Virus record (IMG/VR): IMGVR_UViG_3300026488_000025
Span: 15,664-79,663 of that record
Length of the DNA stretch: 64,000 nucleotides
Origin: a virus
Reading direction: 5' to 3' (one strand)
Positions 37,817 through 48,900 of this stretch are shown piece after piece; the stretch's first letter is position 1; each line of letters starts with the position of its first letter. Made by a program: the position numbers and the translations under genes. Below the pieces are notes generated by a model. The model was given only the letters and a program-made list of their open reading frames with translations. It was not told the DNA's origin and ran no database searches.

Positions 37817-38007
37817 TAGTACTATTCTTTGACTCACTCAATAACTCTTCTAAATCAGATAGAGCAAATTCGTATCCCTCTAATAAACCTTGAAGATAAG
37901 CATCATTATATTCATTATTACTTTTACTTATACCTTCATTGGTTACGCTTACCATAATTCTATAAGAATCAATCAATTTTTCAAGTTTCTCGTTCATACT
38001 TTTCCTT

Positions 38008-38721
38008 TTACCAGATTTCCCAAAGTACTGATTTGCTAAGAGCGTGAGTCTTAACCTCAGCATCCCAATCTCTAGCATCACACCACTTTCTGATATTCTG
38101 TCTGTCCATTGAAGAAGCATACTTTTGGGCATATTTTCTTCTTTTGCCGTCATTATAAAGAGTCATTCTTTTCCAATCAGGAAGAGGTTTACCATAGAGA
38201 TATGTAGTACCTTCTCCGTGGTTATTAACAGAAACCTTGTTGTTTCTTGTTTTCTCTTTAGTCCAATCTAAGCGAAGTTCACCAGTCATTCTTACTTTCT
38301 CAACGAAAAAATCTTTGTAAGTAGCACTCACTAATCTGAAAATATCTCTCTTATCAGTGGTACACCATTTTCCGTTATTGAAGAAAGCTTCAAAAGTAAT
38401 AGTATTCTCAACATCGCTTAAGAATGTTTTGTAGTGGACTCTTACTTTGAAAGTCTTCACATATTCAGGATAACTCCCGTTTGTGTAACCATAAAAAGAA
38501 CCACTGTAAGTGTGTTCTGTAATAGTACTATTTGTAAGAATTTCAGGTTTGTTTCTGCATCTGTGATTTCTAGGAATATCTTCTGTTTCATCGAAGTTTC
38601 TTAGTATAGCACGACCTTTGTCTCTTATTGTGTTGTTTCTTGATGTTTTTCTGCGTCTGTTTCCTTTACGGTCCCAGCCACTAACATTTTCTTTCCATAA
38701 TCCGTTCATTGTGAACCTCAT
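38008..38721 (-). CDS. Basic hypothetical protein (probable start 38709)
   Basis: 237-aa ORF; GAGG SD before MNGLWK. Confidence 0.6.
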   Translation of the reverse strand: MRFTMNGLWKENVSGWDRKGNRRRKTSRNNTIRDKGRAILRNFDETEDIPRNHRCRNKPEILTNSTITEHTYSGSFYGYTNGSYPEYVKTFKVRVHYKTFLSDVENTITFEAFFNNGKWCTTDKRDIFRLVSATYKDFFVEKVRMTGELRLDWTKEKTRNNKVSVNNHGEGTTYLYGKPLPDWKRMTLYNDGKRRKYAQKYASSMDRQNIRKWCDARDWDAEVKTHALSKSVLWEIW

Positions 38722-38973
38722 AAAGCATAAATTTAAACATTTCTGTTTAGAGCTTTATTTAGATAACACCTTTACCTTTAACTGTTTTCATTTTAGTTTC
38801 CTTATATAAATAAACTAATACTAGCTGTTACGATAAAACCTACAACAGCACCATTAACATCACCGATTAACCAACCGATTGCTGCACCTATCATCCAGAA
38901 CACTAAAGCATTTGGGTTTATATTCATTTCTCTTCCTTTTAATATAGTATTATAACATAACAATTCTTAAAGC

Positions 38974-39303
38974 CTACTGAAAGGCTCCATAAGCTTCTTT
39001 AGCTTTAACTGCGTTGTTTAATTCTCTGTAATCTTCTAGTGTGTCTAATGTCTTGATGTAGTTTTGTGTATCTATCTGCACTTCTGCTTCTACACCAGCA
39101 CCTGCTTTGTAAGCTTCTATTTTACCTTCTTGTACTTCTTTAGCTACTGCTAATGTTTCCATATCAGTAAGCTCTGTCTTTTGTGTTTTATCTGCTTTCT
39201 CTGCTTTCTCTAACGCTTTATCTCTAATATCATCGAGATTTACTGGTACTTCTGGTTTTGGATATACTGGTTGAATACCTATTGGTTGTGTGCCTTGTAT
39301 CAT
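38974..39303 (-). CDS. Hypothetical protein
   Basis: AAGGAG SD; late promoter upstream. Confidence 0.55.
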   Translation of the reverse strand: MIQGTQPIGIQPVYPKPEVPVNLDDIRDKALEKAEKADKTQKTELTDMETLAVAKEVQEGKIEAYKAGAGVEAEVQIDTQNYIKTLDTLEDYRELNNAVKAKEAYGAFQ

Positions 39304-39324
39304 AATAGTCTCCTTTAAGAATAT

Positions 39325-39633
39325 TTATAAGAAAATATGTGGATACCCTTCTGTTATTCTATCCACTATTTCCTGTGTTTTTTCGTTCTCTTCTATGAAA
39401 TGCATTGAACCATCAAGAAAAGTGAGAACGAATGCCTGTTCTGCTTCTAGCTTCGTTTCAAATAAATCCTCACGGACGACTCGTATATCAGCAAATTGTT
39501 CCTGACCAATGTACTGCTTGAATCGAATCACATTCCCTCTGATATGCTCTACCTCTATCTCTTTGGGGTATTCTACCAGCATAGTAGAATTGCTGTACCA
39601 GTAGTTTTTTCCTTTCTGAATATGTTCTATCAT
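39325..39633 (-). CDS. Small protein with C-terminal YPHIFL tag
   Basis: Shared C-terminus. Confidence 0.6.
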   Translation of the reverse strand: MIEHIQKGKNYWYSNSTMLVEYPKEIEVEHIRGNVIRFKQYIGQEQFADIRVVREDLFETKLEAEQAFVLTFLDGSMHFIEENEKTQEIVDRITEGYPHIFL

Positions 39634-39637
39634 AAGG

Positions 39638-40084
39638 TCATAGCTCTATCGTTGTGTCGTGCTTTACCTCTCGGTGTGTAACGACCTCTTCTTCAACGGG
39701 TTTTGGTGGAGCCTTCGGCCTATGTAATGGAGGTAACGAAGCAGGGGCCTTCTGAGGTCTAGGTAGATTATTCTTCTTCCATTCTTCATTCGATTTATTT
39801 AGTTTATCAGAAGAAATCTTATCAATGATTTTATATAGCCGTTTTGCTGTACTAACACTGCAATAACCCTTTATAGCGTATTCCCTATACAAACTCGGGC
39901 CAGCAAAATATCTATTTGCTATCCATATTGATTTACCATTTAATGTACAAGTACAATCACTCACATCCTTGATAATATAATCGCCATCAAGAGCAGTACT
40001 AATGAATTCTTCTACGATAGGATTATATTTCTCATTTCTTGACCAAGACGCTGGCGTGAATAATCTAGCGAAAAAAGAATTCAT
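39638..40084 (-). CDS. Hypothetical protein
   Basis: ORF. Confidence 0.55.
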   Translation of the reverse strand: MNSFFARLFTPASWSRNEKYNPIVEEFISTALDGDYIIKDVSDCTCTLNGKSIWIANRYFAGPSLYREYAIKGYCSVSTAKRLYKIIDKISSDKLNKSNEEWKKNNLPRPQKAPASLPPLHRPKAPPKPVEEEVVTHREVKHDTTIEL

Positions 40085-40278
40085 TACGAATCTCGTTTCT
40101 CGTTACGGATGTCTCTTGCTTTTCCTTTTTCTTCTTTTCCTAATGAATCAACAAAATCAGATGCTTCATCTGCGAATTCAGCACCTTTATCTAATATAGT
40201 ACTAAGACCTTCTAAGGCTCCTACTGCTAATGTTTTTGCTGTTTTCTTTACTACGGCTTGTGTGATTTTTCCAAACAT
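40084..40278 (-). CDS. Hypothetical protein
   Basis: ORF after early promoter. Confidence 0.5.
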   Translation of the reverse strand: MFGKITQAVVKKTAKTLAVGALEGLSTILDKGAEFADEASDFVDSLGKEEKGKARDIRNEKRDS

Positions 40279-40344
40279 ATTAAGTCCTTTCGTGTTATAT
40301 ATAGTATTATAACATAAAAGTCCTTAAGGTTTTATTAAAAAGAG

Positions 40345-41334
40345 CTAATAGGGATTATTTATTGTTTTTTCTATTTCTTCAAATAAAGGTAGATTTTCTA
40401 AAAATATTCGTACAACCTCAGGGTCGAAAGATTTTCCTGATTCTGCTTTGAAATGCTCTGTTATTTTTTCATAAGACCAAGCCTTTCTATAATCTTTATC
40501 CATTCTTAGAGAATCAAAAACATCTATAATAGCTACGACTCGAGCCCATATATGAATCTCTTCACCTTTTAATCCTTTTGGGTAACCTGAACCATCCCAT
40601 TTCTCGTGGTGTTGTTCGGCAATAATAACAACCATCTTATGTAAAAAAGAATCAGATTCCTTGAAGAATCTTGCTCCTTTTACTGTGTGTTGTTGTACTA
40701 ATTTGTATTCTGATTCTGTTAATCTTGTAGGTTTACCTAATATCGATTGAGGTATACCAATTTTACCTATATCGTGCATAGGTGCCGTTAATCTCAAATC
40801 TCGAGCTACTTTCATTCCTAGACCCATTTCTAAAGCAAGATGATAACTCCACTCACTAATTCTTAAAGCTTTAGCACTAGAAAAATTAATGTGTGCGTTT
40901 ACAATATTAGAAATAGTAGTAAACATTTCTTTGTGTGTTTCGTACATCTGTATATTATCATTCACTGCACAAGTAACATCTGTCCTAATACTAATATATT
41001 CTTTGGGGTTTAATTTTCTTATTATAGTATAGAAAAAAACTATTTCGCCTCTCTTAGAAACATTCTCTATGAGTCCCGTCCAAGTCTGGCCTCTAGCGAT
41101 AGTAGTCCACAAATCTTCAAAAATTTTCGGTTCATACTCATCAGGTAAAAGAAAGCTGTGAGTCCGACCCATAACTTCTTTTTTTGTATAACCCATTTTT
41201 TCTAGTAGGTTATTGTTAATAGATGTTATATTACCTTTGAGGTCTGTGGTGCTTATATAAAATACTTCGTCCACTATTGACTGAATATCAATAGTCTTCG
41301 CTGTTACTCCGAATATACCACATAAATTAAACAC
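40345..41334 (-). CDS. PAS + HD-GYP cyclic-dinucleotide phosphodiesterase-family protein
   Basis: TDLKGNI..GY...E.MG.H PAS; MHDIGKIGIP, HHEKWDGSGYP, IIDVFDSL. Confidence 0.88.
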   Translation of the reverse strand: MFNLCGIFGVTAKTIDIQSIVDEVFYISTTDLKGNITSINNNLLEKMGYTKKEVMGRTHSFLLPDEYEPKIFEDLWTTIARGQTWTGLIENVSKRGEIVFFYTIIRKLNPKEYISIRTDVTCAVNDNIQMYETHKEMFTTISNIVNAHINFSSAKALRISEWSYHLALEMGLGMKVARDLRLTAPMHDIGKIGIPQSILGKPTRLTESEYKLVQQHTVKGARFFKESDSFLHKMVVIIAEQHHEKWDGSGYPKGLKGEEIHIWARVVAIIDVFDSLRMDKDYRKAWSYEKITEHFKAESGKSFDPEVVRIFLENLPLFEEIEKTINNPY

Positions 41335-41345
41335 ATTGCTTCTCC

Positions 41346-41954
41346 TTAGACTGTTCTATCTCTATACATTTCAATAGTTGCTACCAATACAAAGTTCGGG
41401 TTTACTTCACCGTAAATATTACGATAATTTAATCTCATTTTAAAAATCTTTGGGACAAGCATAGCATCATTACTTTCAAGTATCATACCGTGATGATTAG
41501 TACCTAATACTAATAGATTGTTTACAAATCTATCTACTACATAATCAGTAGGAAATAGGAAATAATCTCCAACCCAAGTGTCATCAGGTGCTGAAGCAGC
41601 AGTTATATATTGAACTGTTCCCTCTACCATATTAGCATTACCTTTGCCATCACCAGTAGGTAAAGGTGTATTAGCAGGTAAAATAACTTCCCAATCTAAT
41701 GTATCACCTAGAATAGCGTTTTCCCATATAATCATACCATCTTTTAAGTGAATATCATCTATGAACTGGCAATCAACTGATTTCTGTGTAGTTGGAGTAA
41801 CTGTATTATTAAGTACAAGAGGTGTACCATCACCTACTACTCCGTTTACTGAATCATCTCCAGAAGAAGTGAAGTATAACATTGTACCTTCAATTCTTGG
41901 TGTACTTGATGTTTTAGCTGTACCATCTGGTTGTAAATATCTACTTTTTTTCAT
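41346..41954 (-). CDS. Putative virion structural protein
   Basis: Beta-rich; in operon with the fibre gene. Confidence 0.45.
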   Translation of the reverse strand: MKKSRYLQPDGTAKTSSTPRIEGTMLYFTSSGDDSVNGVVGDGTPLVLNNTVTPTTQKSVDCQFIDDIHLKDGMIIWENAILGDTLDWEVILPANTPLPTGDGKGNANMVEGTVQYITAASAPDDTWVGDYFLFPTDYVVDRFVNNLLVLGTNHHGMILESNDAMLVPKIFKMRLNYRNIYGEVNPNFVLVATIEMYRDRTV

Positions 41955-42913
41955 TATTTGTATCTCCCGTCTAAGTGTCTGTCTTTATACTGAATTCTCT
42001 CAACTGCATCACCAGTTCTCATATCAATAGTTCTATCATTGAATTTTACGAATCTACAATTTTTAACCCAATACTCGAAAGTTCTTGGATTCCAAGCTCC
42101 CCATTCATTCCATTCTAAATACTTTATATATAGGTATTTACCATCTTCAAAAGTACCAAATTCTTTACCTACACCACGATTATAGTCTGAACCAATAACT
42201 AAAGTATTACCTAAGTTATCATCATTTTCTACTGTTACTTTAACACCAGAAAGATAGTTTTTATTACCCGAAATACTTAATTTACCATCACTTTCCCACG
42301 AGTCTGAATCTTCATACCAAGTATTTATGAATCTCTGAATATCATCTATATCTTCACCTTGACTATATCCCTCTATAAAAAGTTCAACATAAGCATTTGT
42401 GCTTTCAGCTGTTATTACCACTTGGATATCACGAACTTTATTATTGAAATCCAACTCTAAAGTCTGTCTTTTAACTAGATTTTCACCTGGTAAAACAAGA
42501 CCGTCTCCCGTAATAATAGTAACTTCTACATCAGAAGTACTAGGTATAACATATAAAGAAGAAACTTTACCTCTAAAATGTTTAATCATTCTGTGGTCTT
42601 CTTTGATATAGAATCTATCTCTTACAAAGTAATATATACTTTTTGAGTCGTTGAAATCTTCTGTATTATCAATTACTATTCTGTTATAGTTATTTGCCAC
42701 AACAAGAGCAGCATCATTACTTGGTAAATCGAATTCATCTTCCATAATCACTAAAATACTCTGATATATAAGAGGTGTAATCTCTCCTACATTATCAGCT
42801 ATTTCTTCTCTTGAGCCAACTTCATTGAAGGCTCTTCTTTCACCAGGTTCTACATCGGCACCCGTGTTACCTATATTTACTACATCTAAACTAATATTTT
42901 TAAAATAATACAT
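41954..42913 (-). CDS. Putative virion structural protein
   Basis: In operon with the fibre gene. Confidence 0.45.
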   Translation of the reverse strand: MYYFKNISLDVVNIGNTGADVEPGERRAFNEVGSREEIADNVGEITPLIYQSILVIMEDEFDLPSNDAALVVANNYNRIVIDNTEDFNDSKSIYYFVRDRFYIKEDHRMIKHFRGKVSSLYVIPSTSDVEVTIITGDGLVLPGENLVKRQTLELDFNNKVRDIQVVITAESTNAYVELFIEGYSQGEDIDDIQRFINTWYEDSDSWESDGKLSISGNKNYLSGVKVTVENDDNLGNTLVIGSDYNRGVGKEFGTFEDGKYLYIKYLEWNEWGAWNPRTFEYWVKNCRFVKFNDRTIDMRTGDAVERIQYKDRHLDGRYK

Positions 42914-42923
42914 TTTTTACCTC

Positions 42924-45900
42924 TTATGGTTGAATAATTTTTCTGAATTTTAAAGTAAGAGTTGCATTACTCAATCTTTCACCCATTATTCTTGCTTTTA
43001 ACTCGAAACCAGCATTAAAATTCATATTCTCTGTTGTATTTATAGTAACTCTTGTGCCCGAATTTGTAATATCTATACCAAGAACATTATTACTTGCTCC
43101 GTCTCTTAGGAATATTACATCATTTCTAGCATTTTCGTTACTTGAAGTTTGGAGATTCCAACCAGTCAAACACATATCTTCATCTATTAGTTTTGGTATT
43201 GAAGATGTACTTATCTGTGGAGTACAATTCATATAAGTATCTCTTTTATCTGTACCATTTTTATACATAATAACATCATAAACTCTATGACTTAAATATT
43301 TACCACGAACTGAATCATAGAAATACGGTTCTACTGCTTGACCTTGAGCGAAACCTGAACCATCATCTTGCTCCCAATAGTAAGTGTTACCATCAGTCGC
43401 TAATCTATTGGTTGCTTTTCCTATTACAGAAGGGAGAACTGTTAATGCCGCAATCGCTGCATCTTGTTGGACATTCTTATCGTGTTCGATAGCTATATCA
43501 GTTTGTAATGAACTAACATCAGTAGCTCTTGTATTTGCTTCATTATTAACTGCTACCCATAGATTAGTATCTTCCGTAGCTCTTGATGATGCTTCAGCAT
43601 TGATATTGCTTTGTAAAATATTATCATTTGAGTTTCTGATTGCTGCTTCATCAGAAACACTACCATTCAATACGATACCGTAATTCACGAAATCATTCTC
43701 TAAAGAATCAATATTGCTTTGTAGGTTGTTATCTTCGGTAGCTCTTGTATTTGCTTCAGCGTTGATATTTGCTTGTAATGTATTATCTGCTGTTACTCTA
43801 TTAGAAACTTCAGTATTTAAACTATTTTGTATAATATTTTCTTTATTTGTTGCTCTAGTAGTTTCACTTGATAAGTTGGCTGATAATGTACTCTCTGCTG
43901 TCATAGCTCTTGATACTTCATTCGATAAATCAGAAGAAATAATCGTAACAGTTGCATTAGTCGTATTGATACCTGCTTGTAATGTGCTTTCTGCTGATTG
44001 AGCTCTTACTACTTCTGAAGCTAAGTCATTAGTTAGAGTTGCATCAGATGCTGTTCTTGCACTTGTTTCTGCTGATATGTTATTTTGTAAATTTGTATCT
44101 GCAGATTGTCTTGTGCTTTCTTCAGAATCAATGTTGCCTTGTAATATAGTATCAGCAGTAGCTCTACTTGTAATTTCAGAATCGATACTAGCTTGTAATG
44201 TATTATCAGTAGTTCCTCTAGTAGCAATTTCTTGTGCTAAATCACTTTCAATAGTATTGCTTCTAGTATTGTTACTGATAACATAAGAAGCAAAAGCATC
44301 ATCATTTGTTTGGTCTACTGTATTGATTAAGTCCACAATCTCTTGGAAAGAATCTTTATCAGCACTTGAACCAGATAAGATTGAATCAATTCTAGCAGTT
44401 TCAGTATCGATATTTGTTTGTAAAGTAACATCTACGATTGCTTGTTGTGCTACTTCAGTTTCCAATGAACTAATTCTTGCTTTTTCAATATCAATATTTG
44501 CTTGTAAAATAATATCGCTATCATTTCTTGTAGTTGCTTCAGTTGTTAAGTTATTAGCTAATACACTCTCTGCTACCGTTGCTCTTGATACTTCTGTATT
44601 TAGATTGCTTTCTATATTGTTTTCTTTAGATGTTGCTCTTGATACTTCACTCGATAAGTCATTAGTTAAAATGTTATCATTAGCAAGTCTTGTAGCTGAT
44701 TCACTATCTAAGTTACCTTGAACTTGTGCTATTGAAGCATCAGTACTATTACTTAAAGAATCGATATTACTCTGAAGAGTCGCTTCAGAAGAAGTTGCTC
44801 TAGTAACTTCTGCGTTTAAGTTATTATTTAGAGTATTTTCTTCAGTCGTTGCTCTTACTGTTTCTGCGTTTAAATTAGTACCCAAAGTGTTCTCTGCTGT
44901 TGTAGCTCTTTGTACTTCATTTACTAAATTATTAGATAATGTTGTATCATTAGCAAGTCTTGTAGCTGATTCACTATCTAAGTTAGATTGAATTAAATTT
45001 TCTTTGGTAGTTGCTCTAGTTGTTTCTGTGTCTAGGTTATTTTGTAATGCGTTATCATTAGCAAGTCTTGTAGTTGATTCAGTAACAATATCTGTATTAA
45101 GGTCAGATTCAGCTGATACAGCTCTGTTATATTCTGCAGTTACACTTCCTTCGATAGTTGTACTTCTTTGGTCGTTACTTGTAACATAAGCAGCGAATGC
45201 ATCATCGTTACTTTGGTCCACTGTATTGATTAAGTTCACGATTTCAGTAAATGAATCTAAGTCAGCAGAAGCACCAGATAAGATTGAATCAATTCTTGCT
45301 TTCTCTATATCTAAGTTACTTTGGAGAGTCGTATCATTAGTTTCTCTAGTAACGCCTTCTGCGTCTAAATTTGCTTGAATAACATTATCATTAGCAAGTC
45401 TTGTAGCTGATTCACTATCTAAGTTAGATTGAATTAAATTTTCTTTAGATGTTGCTCTTGATACTTCACTCGATAAGTCATTAGTTAAAATGTCATCGTT
45501 AGCAAGTCTTGTAGCTGATTCACTATCTAAGTTAGATTGAATAAGTGTTTCTGCATCTGTTGCTCTTGTAACTTCTGTGTTTAAGTTGGCTGTAAGTGTA
45601 CTTTCTGCAGATGTTGCTCTTGACTCCTCAGAATCGATATTGCTTTGTAAAGTTGTATCATTAGTAAGTCTTGTAGCTGATTCACTATCTAAGTTAGATT
45701 GAATTAAATTTTCTTTAGTAGAGGCTCTACTAATTTCTGTATTAAGATTGCTTTGAACTTGAGCTATGTCTGCATCAACATTTATAGTTAAAGTGTCGAT
45801 ATTTGTTTGAAGTGTTGCTTCGGCAGTTGTTGCTCTTGATACTTCACTTGCTAAGTTAGTAGTTAAAGTTGTTTCAGCTCCAGTTGCTCTAGTTGTTTCT

Positions 45901-48900
45901 GTGTTAGCATCTGTTTCAATAGTTGTACTTCTAGCGTTGTTACTTGTAACATAAGCACTGAATTGGTCATCATTTTCAGTATCTACTGAATTGATTAAAT
46001 CTACAACTTCTTTGAATGAATCTAAGTCAGCTGTACTAGCAGATAAGATTGAATCAATTCTTGCTTTTTCAACATCTAAGTTATTTTGTAAAGTTGTATC
46101 ATCTGATAATCTCGTAGCACTTTCTGCGTCTAAGTTAGTTTGGATACTTAATTCAGAAGCAGTTGCTCTAGTTGTTTCAGCGATTAAATCGTTAGCCAAT
46201 GTAGTTTCTGCTGTCTCAGCTCTTGATACTTCACTTACTAAGTTATCTGTTAATAGTATCTCAGCATCTGTTGCTCTAGTTGTTTCTGTGTCCAAGTTAG
46301 TTTGTAATGTATTATCATTAGAAAGTCTTGTAGCAGTCTCAGCATCGATGTTTGCTTGTAATGTATTATCATTAGAAAGTCTAGTAGCAGTCTCAGCATC
46401 GATGTTTGCTTGAAGTTGAACATCAACTGCAGTTCTTCCTGCTTCAACTGTATCTATATTAGTTTGAAGTTGAATGTCTGCTGCTGCTCTAACATCTAAT
46501 TCAGTAGCTATAGAGTCTTCCATAATATGGATTGAAGCATTAACATCTGTTTCTAGCACATCATAGTTAGTCTGCATAATAGTATCAGTAGCAATAGCTC
46601 TTGAAATTTCTGAATCTAAATCATCTCGAAGTATAGACTCTGCAGTAGATGCTCTTGAAGTCTCTATATCGATATTATCCTGAAGAATAGTGTCTTCTGA
46701 AATTCTTGAAGTAACCTCCGAATCGATACTAGCTTGTAATGTATTGTCATTTACTTCTCTCACACCAATTTCTGCCGATAAATCTGCTTCAACTTGCGAA
46801 ATCTTGATGTCATTAGAGTTTACATAAGAATTGTGATTACCTTCAACTTCATTGATTGCTAGAACTAAACTAGTTTTATCATTTGTTGCTAATGTTAGAA
46901 GAGAACCTTCAACTGATTTAGCTCTTGATTCTTCTGTATCGATGTTTGCTTGAAGCATAGTATCATCTGCATTTCTTTGTATTGCTTCAGTATCTAAGTT
47001 AGATTGAACTGTATCGATATTACTTTGTAATACAATATCTTGTGAGTTAGCATTAGCAGAAACAGTATCTAAGTTAGATTGAACTGAATCAACATTTGCT
47101 TGAATAATAATATCATTAGCAAGTCTATCAGAACTCTCTGTAACAAGATTTGCTTCGATTCCAGCACTTCTATTATCATTGTTTAATACATATCCAGCAA
47201 GTGCTTGGTCATTAACAGTATCAACTGAATTAACTAAAGCAACCATTTCTGTGAATGAGTTAAGGTCGGCACTTGAACCACTAAGAATATCATCAATTCT
47301 ACTTTTTTCAGTCGCTAATGCAGTACTGATATTAGTATCTTCTTGTGTTCTTTGTTGTGTTTCTAATGATACTGTTGCTTCAATAGCAGAACTTCTCGTA
47401 TCATTTGTACTTTTATAATCTAAGATAGTAGCATTAACATCATTAACAGCACCAGTAAGTGTACTTTTTTCTAAAGTATCTAAATTTGATAAGTCACCTT
47501 CAACTGATTTAGCTCTTGCTTCTTCTGAATCGATATTAGATTGAAGAAGATTATCTGCTGCTAATCTTGTATTGTTTTCTGCAGTTATAGAACTTTCGAT
47601 TCCAGTACTTCTAGTATTATTATCTTGCACATAGTTGTTGTGATTACTTTCAACTTCATTGATACTTGCAACTAAGTTTTCTTTTCTATCTGTTGTAAGG
47701 TCTAAAAGTACACCTTCAGTATTTGTAGCTCGTAGAGATTCTGTATCAAGGTTTGTTTGTAAAGTATTATCTGCAGAAATTCTATTAGATTCTTCTACAT
47801 CTATATTAGCTTGTAGTGCATTATCATTAACAGTTCTTGTATTTGCTTCAGAATCTAAATTGCTTTGTAAAGTATTATCTGCAGAAATTCTTGAATTAGT
47901 TTCAGTATCTAAGTTTGCTTGAAGTTGTGAGTCTTCTGCTAATCTAGTAACACCTTCAGAAGTTAAATCTGCTTCAATTTGTGTACTTCTTGTGTTGTTA
48001 GAAAGAACATAAGAATTGAATGTATCATCATTTGTAACATCAACGGAATTGATAATATCAACAACTTCTTTGAATGTGTCTGCATCAGCAGTACTACTTA
48101 GTAGTATAGCATCAATTCTTGCTTTTTCAGTATCTAATTCTGCTTGAAGTATACCATCTTCTGTTATTCTATCAGCGATTTCGCGACTTACTGAAGTTTC
48201 AATATTTGTACTTCTTTGGTCGTTTAAAGTCTTATAAACAGAAAGCTTATCATCAAGTACTGTCTCAGCTGTGATAGCTCTTGACTCTTCAGTATCTATG
48301 TTATCTTGTAATAAAGTTTCAGCTGTGATAGCTCTTGACTCTTCTACATCTATGTTATCTTGTAAAAGTGTTTCGGCAGTAATTGCTCTTGACTCTTCTA
48401 CATCTAAGTTATCTTGTAGTAAAGTTTCTGCTGCTATTGCTCTTGATTCTTCATTATCCAAGTTATCTTGCAATACAATTTCTGCAGAAGTTGCTCTTGA
48501 CTCTTCGTTGTTGATATTGTCTTGAAGAACATCATCACGGTCTTTTGAATCTATTTCTAAAGCTCTTTGCTTACCTTCTAACTCATCGATAGCATCTTGT
48601 ACTTTATCTCCTGTTAGTCTGTTTCCTGAGCTCTTAGCTGTATCATAAGTAACTACCATACTATCAATTCTGTTAGAAGAATCGGTAATAGTTTTAAAAG
48701 TTAGAGATTGTACATCATTTTCAGTAACAACGACATCCTCATCGCCTTCATTTCCTATTCTCCATTTTGAAGAAGCAGCAGTATCATAAATAATACTCCC
48801 GTTAGCTGAATCAGTACTTTCTACTGTGATTCCTGAACCATCAATAGTAAAACTATCTCCACCTTTATGTAGAACAATATTTTTATCTTCGATTTCCATA

